Source: an uncultured Desulfobacter sp. (GTDB lineage: Bacteria; Desulfobacterota; Desulfobacteria; Desulfobacterales; Desulfobacteraceae). Taken from it: a DNA stretch of 64,000 nt. The position numbers and the translations under genes are program-made. Shown piece by piece: positions 18,670-29,000 of this stretch (positions within the stretch are counted from its first letter, which is position 1; every line of letters begins with the position of its first letter). The stretch lies in contig OY762069.1 in the NCBI GenBank assembly GCA_963665095.1, positions 4,704,001-4,768,000 of the forward strand. The letters are read 5' to 3'. The notes below the pieces were generated by a model that had not been told where the DNA came from, searched no databases, and worked only from the letters and a program-made list of their open reading frames with translations.

Positions 18670-21369
18670 TTATTCCGGCAAGGTGAGCCGGAACAGGTCG
18701 AGCAGTTGTTTATCATCCATCTCAGTTATCAGGCCTTCGGCCGACGGGGTGACAATCTGGTCGGCCAGGGCCTGTTTTTCACTGATCATAAAATCAATTT
18801 TTTCCTCAATGGTACCCCGGGTGACAAATTTATGTACCAGGACCTTTCGGGTCTGCCCGATGCGAAATGCCCTGTCCGTGGCCTGGTTTTCCACAGCCGG
18901 GTTCCACCATCGGTCAAAATGTACCACATGGTTTGCCCGGGTCAGGTTCAGACCTACGCCGCCGGCCTTTAACGAGAGCACCATGAACGGGCAATAGGCA
19001 TCGTCCTGGAAGGTTTGTATCAGTTTTTTGCGCTTTGCAACAGGCACAGATCCGTGGAGTACCAGCCCGGGATGATGAAAAATGGTTTCAAGAAAAGTCT
19101 GTAAAGGCTGGGTCATCTCTTTGAACTGGGTGAACACCAGAACCCGTTCCCGCTTCTCATAAACGGTTTCACAGATGCTGCCCAGGCGCATGAATTTTCC
19201 GCTGTGGGCCGCCTTGAAATCCCCGGACCCTGTCAGCTGATCCGGGTGGTTGCACAATTGTTTAAACCGGAGAAGAAAGGCGAGTACCAGCCCTTTTCGC
19301 TGGATGCCCGTGGATGTTTCCACGGCCAGTTTCAGATCCCTGACCGATTTTTTATACAGGACCACCTGCTTGGGGCTTAAATCGGCAAATACCTTCATCT
19401 CCACCTTGTCCGGCAGGTCTGTAATTACGGTTTTATCTGTTTTCAGGCGGCGAAGGATGTAGGGGGAGATCATCTGTCTCAGCCTGGCATATCCGTTTGG
19501 ATTGTCTTTCAGGGTTTTTGCAAAACCTGAGAATTCGGTTTTATTGCCCAGGAGACCGGGATTTAAAAAATCAAACAGGGACCACAAATCGGACAGCCGG
19601 TTTTCCACAGGCGTGCCGGTCATGACGATCCGGTGGGCGGCCAACAGGGCTTTTACGGCCCGGGTTTGCTGCGTGCCGGGATTTTTAATGGCCTGGGCCT
19701 CGTCCAGAATCAGGCAGTGCCAGGGATATTTGGCAAGCCAGGCGTATTTTTTTACCAGGGTGTAGCTGGTAATGACCAGGTCCAGTTGGTTCAGGCGGGA
19801 TTTGGTCAGTTTGATCTCTTTGTTTTTTTCTGTTTTACCGGGCTGTGCATCCGGGGAGGTAAATCCGGGGTGGGCCACACAGGTTTTAAGGCCGGGCAGA
19901 AACCGGTTGATCTCCGACTGCCAGTTTGAAATTAGAGAGGCCGGCACCACCAGAAGACTTGCCGGGCGCCTGGCGGTGTCAGAAAGGGTGCTGAGCCAGG
20001 CCAGGATCTGAACGGTTTTTCCAAGCCCCATGTCATCGGCCAGGCAGGCTCCGAATCCGTATGAAGTCAAAAAATTCAGCCAGTTTACCCCCTTTGACTG
20101 GTAGGGCCGTAACTTTGCCTTAAATCCCCTGCCCGGGGCCACCGGATCAACCTGTTCCGGCTGGGTCATCCTTTCCAGTACCGAGGTCAGCCATCTACCG
20201 CTGGAAACGGAGATATCCACCTGGCCTGCAACGCCCCGGCCAAGCATCCGGTCCGGGGCCAGCCGGCCCCGCATGGCCGTTCCCAGGGTCATGCCCGCTT
20301 CTGCCAGGTCTTCAATCCGCTCACAGGCTTTCAGGGCCTGCCTCAGCTTCTCCGGGTCCACAGCCACCCATTTGTTTTTAATAAACGCCAGCCCTTCAGT
20401 TTGTTCCAGGATCTCTTCAACCTCCTGTCTGGACAACTCAAGACCGCCTAATTCAACACTGACGTTAAAATCCAGCAGCGCGTCCAGCCCGGCCATGGCT
20501 GGTTTGTTATCTCCCAGGGAGATGGTCACCCGGGTGGTGGATGCACTTTGTTTCCACCAGTCCGGGATCCGGCACAGCACACCGCAGGCCTCATAAGCCG
20601 GGATCTCCTTTAAAAAGCTGAATGCCTCATTTCCATCCCAGGCCAGGGGGTGGAACAACTCGCCGGATTCGATAAGGTCCGCAACGATCCTGCTTTTCTC
20701 CGCTGCTTTGTATACCGTGGATAAAAGCGTGAGAAGATCCCCATCGTTGTGGGTTTCAATGGCATGCTTCAGGGGCAGGTGTTTGGGCTTTCCATTGGCG
20801 CCCATGCCCGCAGAATATGTGGCCATAAAGGCAAAGGGAAGATCTGAGGTTTTATTTTCCACCAGATGAAAAAATACCCGGCCTGCCGGGTGAAGGTCGG
20901 GATTCTTTTCCCGGAAATAATCACTGACCAAGCCGTTGAACGCTTTAATGTCATGTGAAAATGCTGCATTTAAGCTCTGCCACAGCCCCTCCAGCATGTC
21001 GGCGGTTACGTATTCGGACCCGGCCATCATGGGGCGGGCTGAAAGAAACTCATTGATAAGCCCGGGCGGAACACGGATGATGGCGTCCTGCCGTAAGGTC
21101 TCAAGCTCTGCCGTCTTTAACAGTTCCCGGACAAAACAGCGGGAAAATCGCAGGAAATAGTTCAGGGAGGCTGAGAGCGTCAGGGTAAATTGTTTGAATC
21201 CCAGGTCGTACAGCCAGTTACGCTGAGGGTTTTCAACGCTTCGGGCAATTATCTTAAGGCTCTGTATCAGGTCTGGAGAAACGGTCTCCTTGGTTGTTTC
21301 CCATTCAAGCACCACCCTCTGGTCCGGCATTACCGAGACAACCGGTTTCTCTTTATTCCTGTCCGTCAC
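18670..21369 (-). CDS. SNF2 family helicase-like ATPase
   Basis: LADDMGLGKT, LDEAQAIKN, TGTPVEN, LRRLK, KAGGVGLNL, WWNPAVENQATDRAFRIGQ motifs; GTG start with GGAG RBS. Confidence 0.96.
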   Translation of the reverse strand: MTDRNKEKPVVSVMPDQRVVLEWETTKETVSPDLIQSLKIIARSVENPQRNWLYDLGFKQFTLTLSASLNYFLRFSRCFVRELLKTAELETLRQDAIIRVPPGLINEFLSARPMMAGSEYVTADMLEGLWQSLNAAFSHDIKAFNGLVSDYFREKNPDLHPAGRVFFHLVENKTSDLPFAFMATYSAGMGANGKPKHLPLKHAIETHNDGDLLTLLSTVYKAAEKSRIVADLIESGELFHPLAWDGNEAFSFLKEIPAYEACGVLCRIPDWWKQSASTTRVTISLGDNKPAMAGLDALLDFNVSVELGGLELSRQEVEEILEQTEGLAFIKNKWVAVDPEKLRQALKACERIEDLAEAGMTLGTAMRGRLAPDRMLGRGVAGQVDISVSSGRWLTSVLERMTQPEQVDPVAPGRGFKAKLRPYQSKGVNWLNFLTSYGFGACLADDMGLGKTVQILAWLSTLSDTARRPASLLVVPASLISNWQSEINRFLPGLKTCVAHPGFTSPDAQPGKTEKNKEIKLTKSRLNQLDLVITSYTLVKKYAWLAKYPWHCLILDEAQAIKNPGTQQTRAVKALLAAHRIVMTGTPVENRLSDLWSLFDFLNPGLLGNKTEFSGFAKTLKDNPNGYARLRQMISPYILRRLKTDKTVITDLPDKVEMKVFADLSPKQVVLYKKSVRDLKLAVETSTGIQRKGLVLAFLLRFKQLCNHPDQLTGSGDFKAAHSGKFMRLGSICETVYEKRERVLVFTQFKEMTQPLQTFLETIFHHPGLVLHGSVPVAKRKKLIQTFQDDAYCPFMVLSLKAGGVGLNLTRANHVVHFDRWWNPAVENQATDRAFRIGQTRKVLVHKFVTRGTIEEKIDFMISEKQALADQIVTPSAEGLITEMDDKQLLDLFRLTLPE

Positions 21370-21413
21370 TGATATATCTCCGCCATCGTTATTCTCCGGC
21401 GGAGATATATCAG
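21366..21413 (-). promoter_or_regulatory. Perfect 16-bp hairpin occluding the SNF2 RBS/start, containing leader ORF MAEIYQ*
   Basis: ctgatatatctccgcc (21369-21384) / ggcggagatatatcag (21398-21413); loop reads GGAGAATAACGAT on minus strand; uORF 21386->21366. Confidence 0.6.
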
Positions 21414-21610
21414 ATCCTCATATTAACAACAAGGGATGCCTGCGGCCTTGATTCAACTCTCCGAAATCCCTGAATATCAGCATTTCAGGCGTTGTGGACC
21501 GGGCTTTCCCAGTCCAGCTGTAATTAAAATGCGCGATAAATCTTGACACCGTTGCCATGATTGATTAGTGATTGTTCAAAATTGGGACTCATTAAAGGGA
21601 TTACAAAAAC

Positions 21611-22531
21611 ATGAATGAACACGGAAAGCAGATTAATTTTGCGGGAAAAGTCGTTGTTATCACAGGTGCCGGTGCGGGAATCGGGCGTGAGTATGCCCTT
21701 GAGTTTGCAAAACGGGGGGCGATGGTCGTGGTGAACGACCTGGGCGGGAGCAAGGATGGTACCGGCGCCTCAAACGCCGCAGCCGATACCGTGGTGGAAG
21801 AGATTCAAAATTTGGGCGGCAAAGCCGTGGCCAATTACGATAATGTGGCAACCCCCGAGGGCGGGAAGGCCATTGTTGACACGGCCGTCAATACCTTTGG
21901 CCGTCTTGATGTCCTGGTAAACAACGCCGGCATTTTAAGGGATAAGTCTTTTGTTAAAATGAGCCCTGAGGAGTGGGATGTAGTGGTGGCTGTTCACTTA
22001 AGGGGGGCTTTCTGTGTTACCCAGCCGGCTGTCCAGGTCATGCGGGAGCAAAATTATGGCCGGATCATCTTTACGGCGTCTACCTCAGGTCTGTTCGGCA
22101 ACTTTGGACAGACAAATTACGGGGCTGCCAAACTGGGCCTGGTAGGATTGATGAATGTATTGAAGCTGGAGACCTCAAAGTTTGATATCCATAGCAATGC
22201 CATTGCCCCTACGGCCTATTCCAGAATGACCGAAGGGATTATCCCGCCGGAGATGGAAGACAAGCTCCATGCCAGGTTCAACGTACCCCTGGTGGTTTAC
22301 CTCTCCTCCGAAGAATGCACTGAAAACGGGGCCATCTTTTCCATGGGCGGCGGCTGGTATGGCAAAACCGCCATTGTCTGCTCCCCGGGTGTCTGTCTGG
22401 GTGACGGGGTCCGGGACATTCCGGCCGAAGAAGTCCGGGATAATTTTGAAGGAATCTGCGACCTATCCAATGCTGTTCCATTGAACAACAACTTTGAAGT
22501 GTTTAATTTTATGGGACCGCTGCTCTCTTAA
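21611..22531 (+). CDS. SDR family oxidoreductase (MFE-2-like 3-hydroxyacyl-CoA dehydrogenase)
   Basis: TGAGAGIG, VVVNDLGG, NNAGILRDKSF, GNFGQTNYGAAK motifs. Confidence 0.92.
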   Translation: MNEHGKQINFAGKVVVITGAGAGIGREYALEFAKRGAMVVVNDLGGSKDGTGASNAAADTVVEEIQNLGGKAVANYDNVATPEGGKAIVDTAVNTFGRLDVLVNNAGILRDKSFVKMSPEEWDVVVAVHLRGAFCVTQPAVQVMREQNYGRIIFTASTSGLFGNFGQTNYGAAKLGLVGLMNVLKLETSKFDIHSNAIAPTAYSRMTEGIIPPEMEDKLHARFNVPLVVYLSSEECTENGAIFSMGGGWYGKTAIVCSPGVCLGDGVRDIPAEEVRDNFEGICDLSNAVPLNNNFEVFNFMGPLLS

Positions 22532-22540
22532 ATTTAATTG

Positions 22541-22573
22541 GGGTCAGAGTAAAATTAAATTTTACTCTGACCC
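22541..22573. repeat. GGGTCAGAGTAAAATT palindromic repeat, copy 1
   Basis: 16-bp perfect arms with 1-nt centre; same core at 63720-63778. Confidence 0.85.
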
Positions 22574-22696
22574 TTTTCATTCGGCCTTTGTGGGTAACCC
22601 CTGATTTAAATTATGGCCAGACCCCAAAAAATATGGCCAGACTCAAAAAACTGTTCGGGGGCCTCTCTTGAGAGCTGTTCAAACACCCTTTAATAG

Positions 22697-22879
22697 TTAA
22701 TCCATACCCATGCGTTTTTCCACTTCGCGGATCTGTGCCTGGATTTTTCTTATTTCATCCGGTGTCAGGTCCGGCTTTGTCAGCTGTTTTTGAAGTCCGA
22801 GAAGAATCATCTCTTCCCTGTAATCATTGCAGGTGTAGTTGGCTGTTTTCGGCTTGGATTTAGTCATGGCGTATTTCAA
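22697..22879 (-). CDS. Small hypothetical protein (ATG start possibly 22867)
   Basis: Helical 56-60 aa ORF (YTCNDYREEMILLGL) directly downstream of the THUMP methylase. Confidence 0.6.
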   Translation of the reverse strand: MKYAMTKSKPKTANYTCNDYREEMILLGLQKQLTKPDLTPDEIRKIQAQIREVEKRMGMD

Positions 22880-22898
22880 CTTTCATAGGCAATGCGGA

Positions 22899-24104
22899 TT
22901 AATACAACTGGTACTTTACAAGCTTTCCGTCCAGGCCTCCGATTTCAAGGGGTCTCTTCCAGGAAGGGGCTAAGGGAACATATTTGATATACGAAGGATC
23001 ACCAAAATAAATATAGGCAGCGCAGCTTTTACACCGTTCTTTTAAAAACCCGCCAAGTTCTTTGTAGAACTGCTTCATGTTCTGATCTTTACCCAGGCGG
23101 ATGCCGTAGGGCGGATTGGTGATAATAACGGCGTTTTCCACGGGCGCAAGCGTTCGGAAATCAGCCTGGTCCACAGCCACATCCGAACCAAAATGCAGAC
23201 CCATCAGGTTGGTTTTAGCAGCGTCCACAGACTCTTCGGCAATGTCACTGCCCCGGATCAGGCCGGTCGGCAGGGGGCGGATATCCTTAAGGGCGGCCTC
23301 TTTCACGGCCTCCCACTCTTTGGGATCAAAATCAGGCAGCCGCTGAAACCCAAAGGTCTCCCGGAAGATCTGGGCCGGAATCCGGCTGTAGTGCATCAAC
23401 GCCTCGCAAAGCAGGGTGCCGGAGCCGCACATGGGATCCACCAGGGGCTGGTCCCCCTGCCATTCACTTAGGGCGATGACCGCTGCCGCAACTGTTTCCT
23501 GCATGGGGGCGGCCACCCGGGCTTCCCGGTATCCGCGTTTGTGCAAGGGGCCTAAAGAGGCATCAATGGAAATGGTGGCCCGGTCTTTGTGAACATGGAC
23601 ATTAATCATGACCCAGGGATCGTCCGTATTCACCGACGGCCGCCGGTTGGTCCTGTCCCTGAAATAATCGGCAATGGCGTCCTTGACGCGCAAACCGGCA
23701 AAGTTGGAATGGGTAATGCTGGACTCGGCCACATTGGCGGTGATGGAAAAGGTCTTTTTAGGGCTTAAAAACTCTTCCCACCGGATTTTTCTGGCGCCCT
23801 TGTACAGGTCATCCTTGTCCGAGCAGTCAAACTCAGCCAAAGGAACCAGCACCCGGGACACCAGGCGGGAGAGATAGACAATTTTATAAAAGGTGGCTTT
23901 ATCCGCCGTAAACCAGATCCCTCTGAACACGGTGCGGGTCTGTGCGGCGCCGAGTGCCTGGATCTCTTTTAAGGCCAGTTCCTTGACACTTTCCGCCACC
24001 TGGGCAAAATAACGGGATTCGCGCTCGTAAATATATTCAAGTTTGGCCAGTTTCCTGGTTTTTCCCTGCCCTTTCTGCAAAATGGCTCTTTTGGGTGTGT
24101 TCAC
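22899..24104 (-). CDS. THUMP-domain RNA methyltransferase (RlmL/YpsC-like)
   Basis: LHKRGYR, APMQETVAA, DPMCGSGT, NPPYG motifs. Confidence 0.93.
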   Translation of the reverse strand: MNTPKRAILQKGQGKTRKLAKLEYIYERESRYFAQVAESVKELALKEIQALGAAQTRTVFRGIWFTADKATFYKIVYLSRLVSRVLVPLAEFDCSDKDDLYKGARKIRWEEFLSPKKTFSITANVAESSITHSNFAGLRVKDAIADYFRDRTNRRPSVNTDDPWVMINVHVHKDRATISIDASLGPLHKRGYREARVAAPMQETVAAAVIALSEWQGDQPLVDPMCGSGTLLCEALMHYSRIPAQIFRETFGFQRLPDFDPKEWEAVKEAALKDIRPLPTGLIRGSDIAEESVDAAKTNLMGLHFGSDVAVDQADFRTLAPVENAVIITNPPYGIRLGKDQNMKQFYKELGGFLKERCKSCAAYIYFGDPSYIKYVPLAPSWKRPLEIGGLDGKLVKYQLY

Positions 24105-24203
24105 TTAGCGTTCCTAATCTGTTAATGGATTTAAACTCGGGATCTTATATCAGAATCTTTCCGGTTTTTAAATCTGTTAATCCAGACTGTTTTTCAGGCA
24201 GGG

Positions 24204-24545
24204 TTATAATTTTTGCGCGTAACGCCAGCTGGTGAATGTGGGGATCAGTACGATCACAGGAGCCATGGCCAGAAAAATATCCACGGTGGCCAGCCGTTCC
24301 GGGGCAAGACCCGAAACATACGGCAGAAAAGCCGCCCCAAGCCCGAGAAGAATAAGAGGAATGGACCAGACAATGAGCTGCTTGCCGCCGTACCGGTTTA
24401 TTTTATACCAGTTCTCTTCACTGTCAAAGGATTTGCTGAACCGGATGCCATAAATAAAATTCATGGGAATTTTCCCAAGCACCAAAGGAACGCTGATACC
24501 GATAAATAAAGTGCCGCAAATGAGGTTGGTTGTAGCGGACAGCAT
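24204..24545 (-). CDS. SdpI/YhfL family membrane protein
   Basis: PMNFIYGIRFSKSFDSEENWYKINRYGG motif, 3 TM segments, GGAGG RBS. Confidence 0.85.
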   Translation of the reverse strand: MLSATTNLICGTLFIGISVPLVLGKIPMNFIYGIRFSKSFDSEENWYKINRYGGKQLIVWSIPLILLGLGAAFLPYVSGLAPERLATVDIFLAMAPVIVLIPTFTSWRYAQKL

Positions 24546-24905
24546 TAGAAATCCTCCTTTTCAAAGACACGTCACACGCCTTGTCATGGTGGACACCCAT
24601 TGAAAAAGCCACCACCCCAATACTAACATATTCTCATCCGCAGAACAGCCCTCAAATTTTCCACGCATGAAAACCGGAATGGTAGCCCGGTGTTCGGGTA
24701 ACGCTTCGTTCAAACACCAATTATTATCAATTGGTCATCTATTAAATATTGAAACAAACAAGGTGGATTTATATCCAGGTATCTGATAATGAAAATAATC
24801 GAACCGTAAGGAGAGGTAAGGCAGCCCGGCAGACAAAAAACCTGTATTGCGTATTTAAATTAAGCGCTTCGGATAATAATTCGAGGCGTTTTGGATTTTA
24901 TACCG

Positions 24906-24976
24906 TGTTTGAAGGCAAAGTCACCCACCTGCGACGTTGCTGCACAAAGCTGCAATCCTCACAACCATGAGGTTGC
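24906..24976 (+). mobile_element. Truncated copy of the MITE-like repeat at 36850-36972
   Basis: tgtttgaa..aagtca.ccacctgcg.cgttgc...ctgcaatcctcacaacc..aggttgc aligns with the reverse complement of 36972->36902. Confidence 0.75.
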
Positions 24977-25078
24977 GCATGCAGCAGCTGATACGTTTTT
25001 TTGCAAGCGTTTGCTTTTTTATATGGACAAACTTACGTTTGCAGCGTAATATCCAGGTTTTTGAAGTTGAGGTATTTC

Positions 25079-25897
25079 ATGGAAATGGCCGAATGGCAGA
25101 CCTGTTTCGGCCCGGTATCCCGGTGGTCTGAATTTTCTTTTGACAATATGGCGTTATCTGAAGCGACGCTGGCAGGCGGGCCCGCCTACCTGGCAGCCTC
25201 CTGTCCGTCCACCATGGATCTGGCCTGGGATCTTGAGGCCAGACACCTGTTTTTTGACATGTCCTGGGTTGCGGCCATTACACAAACCCGGGGCCGGGGC
25301 CAGGCAAAGCGGCCCTGGCACTCCGCCCCCGGCAGCCTGTATGCCACCATTCGCCTGCCCCTGCGTGCAGCAGATGCAACAGACACCCTTTCCCCGGCCC
25401 TGGCCCTGATTCTTGCAGACGTACTTGCAGATGAAGGTCTTTCCCCCCAAATCAAGTGGCCCAATGATGTGCTGATTGCCGGCAGAAAGGTGGCCGGCAT
25501 TCTGGTGGAACAGCGGCAGGATGTGGTGATGGCCGGTATGGGCATCAATGTCCGGGCAATGCGGGGATCCAGCAACGGTCACAACTTCTGTCATCTGCCG
25601 GCCACAAGCCTTGCCGAGCAGGGAAGCCTTATTACCGCACCGGCCCTGTGGAAAACCCTGACCCTGGAAATAGACCGCAGACTTGAACAGCTGGTTTCCC
25701 GCCCGCGGGATCTGGTCCGGCAGTTGAACTCGTTTCCGGCATTTAAAGATGAATGGGTGACCTGGGAGCAGATCGATGGAAATACCGTACTTGTAAAGGT
25801 TCTGGGGTTTGATCCCCAGGGGGGACTGGCCGTCTCCACACCCCATGGAAACACACAAATCCGCTCCGGGAGGATCTTCCCCCGGACTGTTATATAA
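25079..25897 (+). CDS. birA: Biotin protein ligase (no N-terminal HTH)
   Basis: STMD, QTRGRGQ, IKWPND, KVAGILVE, GMGIN motifs; GAGG RBS before 25079; precedes pyc. Confidence 0.9.
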   Translation: MEMAEWQTCFGPVSRWSEFSFDNMALSEATLAGGPAYLAASCPSTMDLAWDLEARHLFFDMSWVAAITQTRGRGQAKRPWHSAPGSLYATIRLPLRAADATDTLSPALALILADVLADEGLSPQIKWPNDVLIAGRKVAGILVEQRQDVVMAGMGINVRAMRGSSNGHNFCHLPATSLAEQGSLITAPALWKTLTLEIDRRLEQLVSRPRDLVRQLNSFPAFKDEWVTWEQIDGNTVLVKVLGFDPQGGLAVSTPHGNTQIRSGRIFPRTVI

Positions 25898-26032
25898 AGG
25901 ACGGCAGGCCATAGACACTGAAGTCTGTGGTAATGCCGGTAAAAAAATTATAGGCCCCGGTTGGTTTTTCCGGGTTCTTGTTAAGGAAAACATGCACAGG
26001 CTGGCACCAGCAGCCATTGAAGAGGCAAAACA

Positions 26033-29000
26033 ATGAAGACATTTGATGAAGTCAAACAAGAGATCCGCAACAAAAAGATCCTGGTGGCCAACCGGGGCAT
26101 CACGGCCCGCAGGATTATCCGCTCCATCCGGGAGGTGCTCCAGGGCATCCCGGTTCTCACCGTCACCGAGGTGGACAAGACCGCGCCGTTTACCTCCGGG
26201 GCCCAGGAACTTATTTACTTAGGGGAAAACCCCAGAGCCTACCTGAACATCGACAAAGTTCTTAAACTGGCAAAGGAAAACGGTATTGCCGCCATCCACC
26301 CGGGCTGGGGGTTTGCATCAGAGGACTCGTCCTTTCCCGCCAAATGTGAGGATGCCGGCATCCTGTTTGTGGGACCGCCCACGGAACCCATGCGGCTTCT
26401 GGGCAACAAGGTCCGGGTCAGGGAACTCGCCATTAAGCTTGACGTACCTGTGGTACCGGGATCCGAGGATTCCGTGGAGGTGGCTGAAGCCAGAAAAATC
26501 GCCCGGGAGATCGGGCTGCCCGTGATGCTCAAGGCCGAGGGCGGTGGTGGCGGACGGGGCATTTACGAAGTGTATAATATGGATGACCTGGAAACCGCCT
26601 TTTCCAAGGCGTCGGTTCTGGCCCAGGCCTCATTCGGCAACCCCAGAATATACGTGGAAAAGCTGCTCATGGATGTGCGCCACATTGAGATTCAGGTGAT
26701 AGCCGACCGTTACGGAAATGTGTTTGCCTTTGATGAACGTGACTGCACCGTGCAGAGAAACCACCAGAAACTGGTGGAGATCACCCCCTCTCCCTGGCCT
26801 GGCATGACCCGGGAGCTGCGGGACCGCCTCAAGGAGTATGCCAGGAAACTGGTGACCGAAGTGGGGTATTATTCCCTTGCCACAGTGGAATTTCTCGTGG
26901 ACCGTGAAGGCAACCCCTACCTGATTGAGGTTAACACACGGTTACAGGTGGAACACGGTATCACCGAGACCCGGTACGGCATTGACCTGGTGGAAGAACA
27001 GATCGCCATTGCCTTTGGGTCCACCCTGCGGTTCACCGAAGAGAATATGAGGCCCGATGCCCACGTCATCCAGGTACGTCTGAACTGCGAAGACCCCAGA
27101 AACGGCTTTGCCCCCAATGCAGGCCCCATCTCCCGGTATCTCTCCCCGGGCGGTCCCGGCATCCGTATCGACTCCTGTATTGCCGGCGGATATGATTTTC
27201 CGGCCAATTATGATTCTGCCGCCGCCCTTTTAATCGCCTTTGGTGAGTCCTGGGAAAAGAGTCTGGCCGTCATGGGCCGGGCGCTCAAAGAGTATATCAT
27301 CGGCGGGTTGAAGACCACCATTCCCTTTCACCAGAAAATTATTGACCACCCGGTTTTCCAGTCAGGGGATTACACCACCCGGTTTGTGGAGACCACGCCG
27401 GAACTGATGTTATACCGGGACAGCGAGCCCGAAGGCCTGCGTCTAAGCCGTCTGGTGGCTGAAATTTCCGCTTTGGGCTACAACCCCCATGTCCAGCTGT
27501 CTGAATATCGTGGCGTGGCTGATAAACGGGTGGGGCGATTCAAACCGGTACTGCCGAGCAGGAGCCACGGGGCCTTGAAACCGGTCTACCCAAGGAACGA
27601 CCGCCAGGCCCTTCTGGACTTTATCCGGGACTCCGATTATATCCATTTTTCCGACACAACCCCCCGGGACACCACCCAGTCCAACACCGGCAACCGGTTC
27701 CGCCTGGCAGAAGACCGGCTCATCGGGCCCTACCTGGACCAGTGCGGATTTTTCTCCATTGAAAACGGCGGCGGCGCCCATTTTCATGTGGCCATGATGG
27801 CCAACATGACCTACCCGTTCAACGAGGCACGGGTGTGGGACCAGTTTGCACCGTTGACGCCCAAGCAGATCCTGGTGCGCTCCACCAACCTTCTGGGCTA
27901 CAAACCCCAGCCGCGCAACCTCATGCGGCTGACCAGCGAGATGATCTGCGAACACCACGACATTGTGCGCTGCTTTGATTTCTTAAACCATATTGAAAAC
28001 ATGCGCCCCTTTGCTGAAACGGTGATGAACGCCAAGGGCAACGTGTTTGAACCGGCAGTATCGCTCTCCTGGGCCAAAGGTTTTGACGTGGCCCACTACA
28101 TGGGCGTGGTGGACGAAATTGTGGCCCTGGTGGCTGATGTGTCAGGCCTATCCCCTGAAAAGGCCTCTTCCCAGTTTATTCTGGGTCTCAAAGATATGGC
28201 AGGGGTCTGCCCGCCAAGGTTTATCTCGAAACTGGTGGAAAGCCTTAGAAAGGCATATCCGGACCTGATCCTGCACTACCACCGCCACTGCACGGACGGT
28301 CTTTTTGTGCCGTCTGTGGGGGCGGCTGCAAAGGCTGGCGCCCAGATTATCGACACGGCCTTAGGCGCGGCCGTCCGGTGGTACGGCCAGGGCGAAGTGC
28401 TTTCCACGGCCGCCTATTTTGAAGATGAACTCGGCCTTAAAACCAACCTGAACAAGGATGCCATCCGCACCTGCAATTTTGTACTAAAACAGATCATGCC
28501 CTATTACGACCGGTACACCTCGCCCTATTTCCAGGGTGTGGACCATGACGCGGTCCGGCATGCCATGCCCGGCGGGGCCACCTCATCCTCCCAGGAAGGG
28601 GCCATGAAGCAGGGATATATCCGGCTTCTGCCCTACATGCTTAAATTCCTGGAAGGGACCCGGCAGATCATCCGCTATCATGATGTCACCCCGGGCTCCC
28701 AGATCACCTGGAATACAGCCTTTCTGGCCGTGACCAGCGCCTTCAAACGGGGCGGTGAAGATGAAGTGCGGCATCTTCTGTGGGTGCTTGACCAGGTGGT
28801 GACCAGTGGGGACGGCAACCTTCAGGAGTCTCTTAAAGCCGAACGGCTCATGCTCTATAAAGAGAGCAATGATGCCTTCAGGAACCTGCTGCTGGGTAAA
28901 TTCGGCCGGATGCCACTGGGCTTCCCGCCGGACTGGGTTTACGAAAGCGCCTTTGGGGACCAGTGGCAAAATGCCATTGCCTCAAGAACCAGTGTTTCTC

